DNA of 61,855 nt, the filler included. It is 14 parts of 14 records of this genome, joined end to end, with 100 filler letters (N's around TTAATTAATTAA, not from the genome) between each part and the next. Parts side by side here need not be neighbours in the genome. Positions count along the whole stretch, not along the records: positions 1 to 4,435 come from SRR7504441_11990; positions 4,536 to 7,757 come from SRR7504441_11991; positions 7,858 to 13,090 come from SRR7504441_12000; 11 more parts are not named here. One strand, written 5' to 3'. This document shows positions 1-10,952 of this stretch, piece after piece (the first letter of the stretch is position 1; each line of letters starts with the position of its first letter). The notes beneath the pieces are model-generated. The model ran no database searches. It saw nothing but the letters and a program-made list of their open reading frames with translations, and was not told where the DNA came from. The position numbers were made by a program, and so were the translations under genes.

Positions 1-104
1 GCACAGCTAGCTGTAAGTTGTCTGTTGTTGACAGGCCAACGTTAAAACCGCCCCATCGAAGGTTGCCAGACCGAGATGTTGACTGATGTTCAGTTGAAAG
101 TCCG

Positions 105-130
105 CTGGACACACGGCGCCGTGTGTCCAG
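105..130. repeat. Perfect 26-bp palindrome upstream of the first gene
   Basis: CTGGACACACGGCGCCGTGTGTCCAG equals its own reverse complement. Confidence 0.9.
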
Positions 131-216
131 GCCACCGAGCCGTGGCAACCTCCCCACCGAGCTGCGAATTTCCGTTGGCCGTTCGGGCGGTGCCAGTGGG
201 CACAGTCTGGATTCAG

Positions 217-1678
217 ATGGAGGAGATGTCTGAGCGGGACAGGAAGAAGATGGAGGCCATGATGGCCCGTTTCTCTTCCCAGGACAAGCAGCAGGCCCGC
301 AAGACCAAGAAGCAGCTCAAGAAGCCGCAGCCGCGCACCGAGCAGCAGCCCAAGCCGACCGTCACCAAACCGCGGCCGGCAGCCAAGCCAGTCCAGGAGC
401 CTGTCGGCCCGTCGCTGTCTCCCAGCAATCCGGCGGCCGATCCACCGGCAGACCGTCCGGCGGGCGGGAAGGGCGAGCCGCTGTCGATCGCGGTGGGGAT
501 AGTGGTGGAGGCCAACGACCCACACGACCCGACCTGGGAGGGCAAGTGGTTCCGAGGCAAGGTGCTGGGGCACAACCCCAACGGCACGTACCACGTGTTC
601 TTTGACGACGGGGACGAGCGGCTCGAACTGGCCCCGCACAACGTGCGCGAGTTCATGAGCGAGCGCGAAAAGAGGAAACTCATCTCGATGGGGATACTGC
701 CCGCCGAGCAGCAGCCGCCCGCGGCGCGCAGCCCGGCGGCCCGACCCAAGAAGCGCAAGCGGCTGTCCAAGCCGTTGGCGCCTGTGGTGGATCCGAATGC
801 GAAGTGGGTGCAGTGTGTCAAGTGTGACAAGTGGCGGCAGTGGGTGTCGAGTCAGCCGCTCCCGGAGGACGAGGAGGACTGGGACTGCTCGCAGAACCTG
901 GATAGCCGTTACAACCGGTGCGATATCGAGCAGGAGCTGGACAGTAAAGTGATCGACGGACTAGTGCCTCCAGCCCCCGAGGAGGAGGAGGAGGAGGAGG
1001 AGTGTGACGATTCAAAAGACGACTCCGACGAGGACTCCGACGAGGACTCCGACGAGGCTCCGCTGCGCCGCGAAGTGCCCAAACGGCCAAAGCCCAAACC
1101 GAAGCCCAAGCCGAAGCCCAAGCCGAAGCCAAGCCTAAAGCGCAAGCCGGTTGAGCAGCGGGAGCAGAAGAAGCGGGTACAGCTTGAGAGCGGTTCTTCC
1201 AGTGAGCCGGACATCCCTTGGCCGACCGAGCCGAGCAAGCGGCCGGAGCCGCGTGAGCGGCCGGAGCAGCCTGTGGAGCGACCGAGCCGTCCGAAGAGAC
1301 CCGGTGAAGTGCTGATATTCGACATAAGCACGTCTGTTAGCCGGAGTGACGTCAGGCGGCTGGTGGGACGGTTCGGCCGGCTGAGTTCTTTTAAGATGGG
1401 CTATTCGGAGGACCGGCAGTACCAGGTGGCTAGCGCGCGCTCGGTGGTGTGATTGGGCTGGCCAGATTGGGCTGGCAGTGTTTGAGGACAGCAATGCGGC
1501 CAATTTTGCAGCCAAGAATCTCAACCGATTGGCCATTCACAAGAAGCCGCTCCGTTGTGTGCGCCGGTTCCCACCGATCCGGGCTGCAGAGCTACCTGGC
1601 TCGGGTCGTGCCACCGAACACTTGGGACACCCGGCTGGACCGGCAGTGCGGCCCAAAATATTGCCCCCCAAGACATAA
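217..1678 (+). CDS. Chromatin-reader-like protein: Tudor/Agenet-like + CW-type zinc finger + C-terminal RRM; 1 intron (1426-1465)
   Basis: WFRGKVLGHNPNGTYHVFFDDGD (Tudor-like); WVQCVKCDKWR...WDC...C (zf-CW). Splicing GT-AG 1426-1465 gives YQIGLAVFEDSNAANFAAKNLN (RRM RNP1 region). Confidence 0.8.
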
Positions 1679-2059
1679 CATGAGTTTGTACGCACTAATT
1701 GTTACGTTGTTACATTCGATGAATGCTAAGCCTTGCGGTTTTATGAAAGCGCCTCGCGTCCCTTATAATTCTCTTTTATCACACAAAGTTTGATCGGCAT
1801 TTTCGACTGAAAATTAGCTGCCGTAAAGGGTTTTCATTAAGGGGTTAAGGGTGGGATAAGCTCGCATTCGTTGGATTCGAATGAAAAGGCTATAGGAGGC
1901 GAGGAGGGACCGATGCGACCTCTATGTAGACGAGCGCGCATCTAATAAATAGCTATACTCTTCGCGTACTTTTACAACTTTAAAACAATACATGTAAAGT
2001 CCTCAGTGATCAGTTTCACGGACACGAAGTTGATAAAACAATGCCACACACGAAGAGTC

Positions 2060-4075
2060 TCACTGCTTCTCCTTCTCGGGCTCCCAATCACTCAGCTCTT
2101 GCACAAACTGTTTGAGCTTATGCTGGATCGCCCTGTACCCCTTGGTCCGCATCACCTTGGTCAACAGCCCCTGCTGGTGCTCCGCATGCTCCTTCCGGCC
2201 AGCCTCCACAGTGGTGCCTCTCTCTGGCTTGTCAGCCACCGGCTTGGCAGTGACCACTGTGCCGCCCTGGGCTATCTCCTCGGGGGTTAGCGTTGCGGCC
2301 AGCGCCTTGGCGTTCACCATGGCCTTCTCCTTGGCATGTCGCTCCTCGATCGCAGTCCGTTCCTCTGGTGTCAGCTCTTTCAACATCGCGCGCTTCTCCT
2401 CCGGTGCCATCTGCGCTAGCATCGCCGGGCTCACATGCGCCACTAGCTCGGTCCGCTCCTCGGCAGTCATCATGGCAAACCGCTGCTTGGCGGTCAGCGA
2501 AGCGCCCATAGCTCCACTCTCCTCGGGAGTCATCATGCCGAGCATCTTCTCCCTCTCGGCCGGTGTGAGCTCGACAAACATGGCCGCCTTGGCCTTGGGC
2601 TTCATCCCCGCCAGCATGGCCGGAGTGATGGCTTCGACCAGCGCGGCTCGATCCTGTGTGTGTAGTTGGTCCAACTCTGGGGTCACCCCGCTCAGCACCT
2701 CGGCATTGGAAACCACCACGTCTCCCTCAACCTCGGGTGCAGCGGGCTCCTCCTCGGCAGCCGCGGCCTCCTCCTCGGTAGCTGCAGCTTCCTCCTCGGC
2801 AGCCGCGGCCTCCTCCTCCTCGGCAGCTGCAGCTTCCTCCTCCGCTGGCTGGGCCTCGGCCCCGGCTGCATGCCCGTAGTGAGGCGGCTGCACAAGGCAC
2901 GCTACTTGCCGGGGTGCTGCAGCAGCCTTTCTTGTTTCACATAGACTGCAGTGTCCTTAACCGCACAGTCCTCCGTGAGCACCGGGATATCCAACCTGCC
3001 TGTGACGCACAGCCGGCCGCTTGCGTCGACAATCTCGCCTCGCCATTCGCAAATAATCGCCAGCTCGTAGCACACAATCCGCTTGCCTGCCCGCCAACCT
3101 CTCCCGGAGTCTGATGCCCAGGCCTGACCTTTGCGGATGCTGTTGCTGGCCGTGCCCGTGACCTCAGGCTTGTGCAGCTCGAGCCACATCTCGGTCCCAG
3201 GTGGCAACGCGCTCGGGTTGACCTTTGACACCAATTCTCAGCCTGGGATTGGCGCAGGCTATCATATGACAAATATATAGATCTGTGTGCTGCAACCTGG
3301 ACCAGCCGATCACATTCGAGCAGCTGCTTGAGTCTATCCGCTGCCCACGTGTCCAGGCAGCGCTCCTCCCAGTGGTACCCAGTATTCCACTTAGACATCC
3401 CCTGCACCACCCTGTGACGCAAGCCGCACCCAATGGGCTGCCTGCTCGGCCCCTCCAGTAGCCTCCCGCTCCACCTGCTCCACCTCCTCGGGCGCCAACG
3501 GCTTGTGCTCCACCGACGCCGGCTCCACCTCTTCCTGCGCCGCCTCCTCCTCCTGCTGCTGCTGCTGCTGCCGGCGGCTGCGTCTCCGATGCGCATAATA
3601 GTAGCCGCCGCCCATCTTTCGCTTGTCGTAATCGGCCTTCTTTTGCTGCTCGGCCCAGTAGTTCTGCAGCTGCAGCTCGTCGTTGTGCTCCAGCTGCTCC
3701 CCGATCACAGCTGCGCCCACCCGGGTGAGCGCACACCGCCCCGCCCCCCACCGGAGCTCGCAATCGGCTTGCCCCCCTTGAGCACCGCCAGATCCTCCGG
3801 CTTGAGCTTGGCCTTGTTGGCCACCAGCAGCTCCTCGGCTTGCTCGTATGCGTCGGCCAGGGGAGTCATTCCGTTGCTATTGAGCATGATCTCCTTGCCC
3901 AGGTCGCCCGCCCGCTTCTCATTGTAGTGATTGGCAAAGAACTCCAGGATGGCGCTGATCGGCTTATCCAGCCAGCTCACCGGCACCTGCCCCGACCCGC
4001 TCCCCCGGGTGGTGGGTGCCCGCGCGCCGTGAACTTGAGCGGCTTGCTCCGCGGGTACCGCAGTACCACCTTCAT
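2060..4075 (-). CDS. Activator of Hsp90 ATPase (Aha1) N-domain protein with an acidic/Ala-rich linker and M[TS]PEE-type helical repeats; about 6 short introns
   Basis: Spliced sequence reads MKVVLRYP...GYYYAH...GMSKWNTGYHWEERCLDTWAADRLKQLL...EVTGTASNSIRKGKRIVCYEL..EWRG, matching the Aha1_N pattern. One junction near 3220-3296 is uncertain. Confidence 0.7.
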
Positions 4076-4435
4076 GCCGGTGCGAGGCACGGTGCAGCAA
4101 GAGGCCGGCTGGACGACAATCAACGCGAGGTTAACAGACAAAAGTCCGTTAACAGTTGATCGGCCGAGAGCGCATGCACTGGCAGACTGGTGGCACCGCG
4201 CCCTGCACTCTCCGGCCTGGGGTTGGGGCTGATGCTGGCCGGGTAGCGCCGCCCGCCAACCCCCCCCGGTTAACTGACCCTGCCGCTGAGTGACCGGCGG
4301 CGGCAGGTCCGCGCCGGATAAACCACCTGTGGGCGTGCTTGAATACGGGCGCGTCGTGCTTTAGGCCGAACCTGTGAGACCAGCCGCGAGGAACAGCCGG
4401 GCACGTCGAGTGACCTAGCGGCGGGTAGGTTCACG

Positions 4436-4535
4436 NNNNNNNNNNNNNNNNNNNNNNNNNNNNNNNNNNNNNNNNNNNNTTAATTAATTAANNNNNNNNN
4501 NNNNNNNNNNNNNNNNNNNNNNNNNNNNNNNNNNN
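4436..4535. other. Artificial contig linker (N-run/TTAATTAATTAA/N-run); first of 13
   Basis: Identical 100-nt spacers with stops in all frames at 4436-4535, 7758-7857, 13091-13190, 16340-16439, 21324-21423, 26192-26291, 30172-30271, 34623-34722, 38967-39066, 43182-43281, 47991-48090, 51178-51277 and 58709-58808. Confidence 0.99.
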
Positions 4536-5727
4536 GAGCGCGGCTGGGAGCGGCGCGGTGCTGGTCTGGGCCCCGGAGCTGGCCGGAGTCGGGCTTTGGG
4601 TGCTGCTGGCCGTGGCCAATTGTCTAGCTTTCCTCTTCGGCTGGCTAGCACGTACGGCTGGTCTAGAGCGATGGGAGTACTCACCGAGTAAAGGGACTGT
4701 GTTGGGAGGGCTGGCGCGGACTGAGACCGTGTGGGCCGATTACGTTGTGAACGCGGCCGGCTGCAGGTCGGATCTTGTGGCTGCAATGGTCGGGCAAGAA
4801 TTCGTTGTCAAGCCTCGACTCGGTGAGTACATTCTGCTCCACAAAGATGAGGGATACAAATGCTCGCACACGCTGTTTCCGACCCCGCACCCGGTGTACG
4901 GCAAGGGGGTGCTGGTTCAGAATACGCTCTGGGGGAATTTGATTCTAGGGCCGACCGCGCGTGATACGATGCTGAAGGACGAACAATCGGGCAAGTACGT
5001 GGTCAATCAGAAGGTGGCTGACGAGGACAACAACAACATTATGGGCTACATCCTGAGCAAATGCCGCAGCCTAGTCCCATCCTTCGACGCGGCCAAGGTT
5101 ATCCACACATTCGCCGGTGTCCGAGCCAAGAACTCAACCGGCGACTGGATCATCGGCCCCGCCCCAGGCCAGCCATGCTTCATCAACGCGGCAAGCATTG
5201 ACTCCCCGGGCATCGCGGCAAGCCCTGCGATCGCCATCGACGTGGTGCGGATGCTCAAGGAGGCCGGGGCGCCTGTGAACCAGCTGGATCCTAACTTCAA
5301 CCCTGTCCGGGCTCCAATAGTGGTGCCAAAGGTCGGGCTACGCGGGCTTAAAATGAACAAAACGGCCTGGTGGAAGGAAAAAGACCCGGCCAAGAATGTT
5401 GTGTGCAAGTGTGAGCGGGTGACCGAGGCCGAGGTTGTGGACGCCATTCATCGGTCGCTTCCTATAGACTCAACCCAGGCGATTCGGAAGAGGACAAGAG
5501 CTGGCATGGGCCACTGCCAAGGCGACCCTGCCAACTACTGCTGCGAGGAGCGGGTAGCTACCATTATCGCCCGCGAGACCGGGCTCGGCTTGCATGAAGT
5601 CGGCAGGCGGCCATGGCCGGCGTCATCGATGCTCAGCAAGAGGTTGATTGGAGATACCGATAGGCAGCTGCTCAGGGAGCTGAGCCAACCGGGCCGGCAG
5701 TACAGCTTGCACGGCGCGGCCGACTAG
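4536..5727 (+). CDS. FAD-dependent oxidoreductase (GlpA / L-2-hydroxyglutarate oxidase-like) with C-terminal BFD-like [2Fe-2S] domain; 5' partial
   Basis: ADYVVNAAG, PRLGEYILL, GNLILGPTA, FAGVRA, IDSPGIAASPAIA; VCKCERVTEAEVVDAI...KRTRAGMGHCQG. Confidence 0.85.
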
Positions 5728-6189
5728 CGCCCGTGGTCATCTTAGCCGCAGCTGCTTATCAGCTGTAGCTCACTAGCCCACGCAGGCGACCTGTTGGCGA
5801 CCTGTTGTTTTGTGGTCTTTGCGCTTATCGCATCGATTTCAATTTTACATGTCATGTAGCAATTACCATATTACATGATTGTACATGTACATGATATTCG
5901 TTATTTGGCTCGTCCCGACCTTTCAATAAATGAACAGGTCTATACAACTGGTCATGATTATAATTTATACGGACAGACTGTATTGCAGTCCCCTACACAA
6001 CGCTTTACTGTTCGATCGCGCGATTGCATACCAGTATACCGTACAACATCTGCTAACAACCATTCAGCCATCCCCGACATCTACCGGTATCCCGGGCTCC
6101 ATCTCGATCAACCGCCTTGCCACCTCCCGCGGCTCCTCAATCCGGCCAGGCCAGAGGCCTCACCTCTACATCGCTAAGCCCCGCCCTGT

Positions 6190-7686
6190 CTAGCATCGCA
6201 GCCTCGCCTGCCCTCCCATCCGCTCAGCCGCCACCGCCGCACCTCCGCGCCGCCGCCACGCGTGCCTATAGCTCCGATCATAATACCTTTTAAACCAATG
6301 AGTCAGGCCATGCCAGCACCGTAAGGCGGCACCGGAGCAAGATAGCCGCCCCGCCTGCAGTGTCGCCTTCACTAATCAATTTCACTGCCCGGTCGGTGTC
6401 TTCTCGTCCCAGCCTGAAACCGCTTGCCAACGGACATGCTGGGCCACCTGGCAGCGATCTTGGCAGTAGCAGCCACCAGCTCTTCTCTCGGGCGATCCCC
6501 TGGCCACCCATTTTAATTTATTTATTATTAATAACTATGGCGGCAGCACCGTAAAGCTGCACCAAATGTCCCAACCGCTCGCCCAACGGTCGATCCAGCT
6601 CCACGCGCCACCCGCTGCCGGCCGATCAGTCCCGGAATTTCCGTTAAAGCCGTCACCGGCTCATCTGGTCCACAATTTCAGGTGGAATCCGCACGCTGGA
6701 GGGCCAATCAGGATTAAAAATAAATCGAATCGGGGCACCGGCCCAGCTGCGGGCTCTCGGCCTCGAGCCAGACCACCCGGCTCGGGTCGGTCTCGGCCTG
6801 CCAACGGACTTCAACGGACTCCAACGGACAATTCACCCAGAGTTTGGCCAGACAGTTTTCAAATAACTGCTGGCTCGGCTGATCCGGGAGCCCCAGCGCT
6901 GCCCCAACCGCTCCCCGGCCGCACTCCAACGGCAAACCGCCAAACGCCGAGCCGCGGTGCCCGGCCGCCCGCTCTAGATCGAGCACCTGAGCTCCGGCCG
7001 CGCTGAGCTTGGCGAGCACCGCGGTCTTGCCGGTCCCTGTGACTCCACCGAGCAAAGCGATCGCCCGACGGGACGTCAGCTGCTCTCGAACCTGCCCAAC
7101 CGACTGGCCCAACGGATTTTAACGGACATTTCACCCACTGCCGGTGCTGCTTGTACCCTCCGGCCAGAAGCTCGGCGCGGATCCCCCGCAGCGCCAGCAG
7201 ACCGGCCACAGTGCTGCACAAAATCCGTTAGAATCCGTTGGTTACCGTTGGTACCGGCTCCGGAGCCCACCTCGGGCGCAATACACTCCGATCTGCCCCG
7301 TCGCCTCCGCCCCCGGCCGTCAGTTCACTCACCGGCCCTTCGGCCGCCGTCCTGCGGGCCACGGCGACGATGTGCTCCGGTTCGACCCTCCGCAGGCCCT
7401 CAGCAACGGCAGCCGCGTCCCCGCGCTGCTTCCACAGTCTGCCCACCTGCCGGCCGCTCGGACCGCTCAGGGCGGGTTGCTGCCTCCGCCCGGCCGCTGT
7501 CATCCAGCACAGGCAGGTTGATCGCCCCCGGGATGTGCCTGCGGGACGTCATCACCAGGGAAGGTATCAGGGACGTCATCACCCCCGGGCGAACTCGGCC
7601 GGGCTGCGCACGTCCAGCCCCCGCACCCCGGGCCCCAGCTGCGCCACTGCCGCCGGGGCCCGCCGAATCAGCCAGTCCAGCCGCAT
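6190..7686 (-). CDS. selU: tRNA 2-selenouridine synthase (rhodanese + P-loop), bacterial-type, split by about 12 short introns
   Basis: Spliced: [99 protein letters not shown], YYD. These are the SelU/MnmH motifs in order. Confidence 0.88.
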
Positions 7687-8243
7687 TTCCGCGTTCCGGT
7701 TGTCCGTTAGCTGTCGTTAGGACCGGTTACTGTCCGTAAGGCCTGTACGAGAAGAATNNNNNNNNNNNNNNNNNNNNNNNNNNNNNNNNNNNNNNNNNNN
7801 NTTAATTAATTAANNNNNNNNNNNNNNNNNNNNNNNNNNNNNNNNNNNNNNNNNNNNAGCCTTCCTCGAGGCGCCGGTCCGCCACGGAATGGCGGGCCTC
7901 CAGTGGCGAGTGCGGACCATGGCAGTCTACATGGTCTGCAGGATGGCGGCGCTGGCGGTTAGCTCAGCGTGATCGGGCTGGCCATTACACATTTCGGTGG
8001 CCGGCAGCTCGGTATAGTTGCCGTGGATGCTACCGCCTATCCCGTCGCTCATGCTGATAGAACCATCTGAGCTCGCGAGGCTCAAGAGAGTGCCTAGTAA
8101 GTTGTAAGCTTAGGTAAAGCTTAGATGCGGATTTTATAACTAGTAGGTCTGTTACTAATCGACATCCTACAGTAGAAATAAAAATGCACACCAGATCTTG
8201 ACCAGATCTATATGCCTATATATGCCCACTATGCATACACTAA

Positions 8244-10952
8244 TTAGTGATAGGCCGATTGCGTCACTAACGAAGCCTTCAGTCGCGCCCTCAAATGGTC
8301 CTCACTAGCATTGGCCGGAGTGAACATAATCTCATGAGTTTCATTCGGTGGTAGCAACAGCCCATTTTCACTGAATACGCCCGGAATGTGCGTGCTCATC
8401 CACACGAATGCGGACAATTCTTGTGCCTTCAGCGAGAAGCAAACGCATCCATCACTGCACGCCTCAAAGGATTCAACAGAGAGCATAGGATCTTTGAGAG
8501 GCACACCGATGAAGCTGCGCGGCAACAACACCGAAGATGGTTGCTGCCCTCCGACCGACCTGAGCGTGCAGCGTATAGCTACATCAGCTCTAGTCCTGCC
8601 ATCTGTGATGTGACCGATTGCACCTGACCAGAGGACATCTGAGCTGAAGGCCGGGATGCTGACTGTTGTTTGGTTCCTGAATACCAATTTGGAAGTTTGC
8701 CATTCCCAGACCTCGACTTCGAGCTCTGCCGTCACATCTTCGGCCAAATCATTCACGTGGGTAATATTCACAAGGTTGGCTGGGCCCTCTTCAACACCCG
8801 CAAATATGCTGACGCTCACCGGCTCAAATGCCTCTTTCGCAACGTAGTGAAGAAGTTTCCATCGTCCCCCGTACTCGAGACTGCTCCAGCTCTGGGCTTG
8901 CCACACATCATTCAACTGCCAGTAAAGTGCGCCGTAAGTATATGCGCCTGGAGTCTGTTTGAGCGTTCGGTAATACCGAGCTTGCGTCCCAATGCACAGC
9001 GACTGCACCACTTGCGACAGGTAGATGAACCGCTCGAAGACAGAAGTCTTGTTGCCGCTTTTTGGCAGTGGAAAGAATCTAGAAATCTGTCGACTCAGCT
9101 CGATGTTGCCATTCGGATGGCGTTGTCGGTGGTTCATCATCGTTGAATTGTTGTCCCAGTCGGACGGACTAGTCACTTGAGATAGCGTGTACAGCGATGG
9201 GTATGATTGCCAGCCAAATTCAGAAACAAATCGGCCACGCGGGTACAGAGAAGTGAGGGTGCATTCAGAATTGTAATCGTAGTGCCTCACGTCTCCCCAG
9301 CGAGGGTCGAACGCATCATCGAGCCAGCGGTGTATGTACATACCGTCTGCCGGCCGATCCACAATCGCGTCGTTGCTCGGGCTTGAGGCAAAGAACGACA
9401 CAACTGGATTTACTTGCCAGAGCGCCTGACGAGCGGCTTGATCAAACAGAACTGCAAGGTCTGCGGTGAAAAGCCGAAGTTTGCCGATATCGACACCTCC
9501 GGGCACATTGGCACGGCTCTGGCGGTAAGTGTCTATCACAGCTTCATTGGAGCCGCACCAGAGCACTAAGCTCGGGTGGCCGGTCAGTCTCCTGGCCTGG
9601 TCTGTCACTTCCCTCGCCACATTCTCAACAAACTCGTCATCCCGAGGGTAAAGCGCACTAGCAAACTGCAAGTCTAGCCAGACGAGCAGCCCCAGTCGGT
9701 CGCACGCCTCCCACAGCGCGGCCCGGCCGTAGTCGCCGCCACCCCAGATCCGGAGCACGTTCATGTTGGCCGCAGCCGCTGCCTCGATTTGGGCCTCCAG
9801 TTGCGCATTGCTCAGCCGCGAGTCGAGTGCGTCAAACGGAACGATCGAGGCGCCGCGCGCAAAGATCGGGATTCCGTTGACCCGAAGGATCATCGAAGCG
9901 CCGGACTCGTTTGCCGGCAGTGAGCTCCTGTCGAGAGCAGCCACCCGGAACCCGATCGAGCGCTCCAAAGTATCTTGATCGTCCAGGCAGGCCGAAAGCC
10001 GATAAAGCGGCTGGGCTCCGTACCCGACTGGCCACCAGAGCCGCACCGCGCTGGCCGGCACCCGGAGAGTGGCCGTGCCAACTACCTCCTGGGCAGGCCC
10101 AGCGCACTCGACCCCGACAGTGGCCGTGCGGTTGGCCAACCGAAAGCGGAGAGTGCCCCGTCCAGCGACCGCGCAGCTGACCGACGCCCCAACTCGGACC
10201 AAGAATGTGCTGGCCTCGCCTATGCGGTACACAGCCGGCCAGCCGGTCGAGTTGACAGGGCTGAGGGCCGAGTCTAGCGACATGTCCGCCCACAGCTGAT
10301 CCAACCGGCGGCCCCGACCGGACCAGGCAAGCCCGACCGGGCGCCACACCCCGACCGGGGCGATGGCTGGCCCCCAGTCCCACCCGAAGTCGGACGGACG
10401 CTTCCGGATGAAGTTTGGGTGCGGCAGCCCGGACGGGAAGCTGGCCGCCCCGACCGAGTAAGGGTACGCCGCGGCTCGCCGGGCCGCGTACGGCACAGGG
10501 CCTTGGAACTCGATCTCCAGCAGGTTGCCGCCGGCCCGGAGCAGTCCAGCCGGGAGCAGCCACTGGTGCCTTCGGAACTGGTTGTTGGCAGCCCCGACGA
10601 GACGTCCATTCAGCCTGGCGACAGCGACAGTGTCCAGTCCGTCACACACCAGCCAGCAGTGCACCGGGGCCGGGCCGGGCCAGCCAAACTGAGTGCTGAA
10701 GGTCCAGTTGTCCGAACTCACCCACCGGCTGGCCAGATCGTTGGCCGCCCGGTACACCTCCCCAATCCGGCCGGCCCGGGTCAGCGCCAGGTGCACGTCG
10801 CCGGGGACCGTGACCCCCTCGAGCCAGATCGAGCCGTTGGCGTTCCGCAGCCGCCATTCGGCACTACCTAGGTCCCGGGTGCCAGCGTCGGCAGCAGCTG
10901 TTGCCGCCGCCACAGCCGCCGCCACAGCCACCGCCTTGCAGACAGCGCACAT
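8244..10952 (-). CDS. Secreted beta-mannosidase, glycoside hydrolase family 2; intronless
   Basis: Signal-like N-terminus; VPGDVH, FIRKRPSDFGWDWGP, LWWPVGYGAQPLY, NMNVLRIWGGG, HPSLVLWCGSNE, RFVSEFGWQS, LYWQLNDVW. Confidence 0.93.
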   Translation of the reverse strand: MCAVCKAVAVAAAVAAATAAADAGTRDLGSAEWRLRNANGSIWLEGVTVPGDVHLALTRAGRIGEVYRAANDLASRWVSSDNWTFSTQFGWPGPAPVHCWLVCDGLDTVAVARLNGRLVGAANNQFRRHQWLLPAGLLRAGGNLLEIEFQGPVPYAARRAAAYPYSVGAASFPSGLPHPNFIRKRPSDFGWDWGPAIAPVGVWRPVGLAWSGRGRRLDQLWADMSLDSALSPVNSTGWPAVYRIGEASTFLVRVGASVSCAVAGRGTLRFRLANRTATVGVECAGPAQEVVGTATLRVPASAVRLWWPVGYGAQPLYRLSACLDDQDTLERSIGFRVAALDRSSLPANESGASMILRVNGIPIFARGASIVPFDALDSRLSNAQLEAQIEAAAAANMNVLRIWGGGDYGRAALWEACDRLGLLVWLDLQFASALYPRDDEFVENVAREVTDQARRLTGHPSLVLWCGSNEAVIDTYRQSRANVPGGVDIGKLRLFTADLAVLFDQAARQALWQVNPVVSFFASSPSNDAIVDRPADGMYIHRWLDDAFDPRWGDVRHYDYNSECTLTSLYPRGRFVSEFGWQSYPSLYTLSQVTSPSDWDNNSTMMNHRQRHPNGNIELSRQISRFFPLPKSGNKTSVFERFIYLSQVVQSLCIGTQARYYRTLKQTPGAYTYGALYWQLNDVWQAQSWSSLEYGGRWKLLHYVAKEAFEPVSVSIFAGVEEGPANLVNITHVNDLAEDVTAELEVEVWEWQTSKLVFRNQTTVSIPAFSSDVLWSGAIGHITDGRTRADVAIRCTLRSVGGQQPSSVLLPRSFIGVPLKDPMLSVESFEACSDGCVCFSLKAQELSAFVWMSTHIPGVFSENGLLLPPNETHEIMFTPANASEDHLRARLKASLVTQSAYH

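Noticed and set aside
3238-3240. In-frame TGA in the Aha1-like gene as selenocysteine or a recoded stop
   Set aside because: An alternative downstream acceptor (..GTCAAAG|GTCAAC) avoids it, other genes here end with TGA normally, and no SECIS could be shown.
4480-4491. Recurrent TTAATTAATTAA between N-runs as a biological repeat
   Set aside because: Artificial all-frame stop linker used to concatenate contigs.
4536-7686. GlpA-like oxidoreductase plus SelU as a bacterial operon or contaminant
   Set aside because: The genes are convergent and SelU has about 12 spliceosomal introns, so this is eukaryotic nuclear DNA with no operon.
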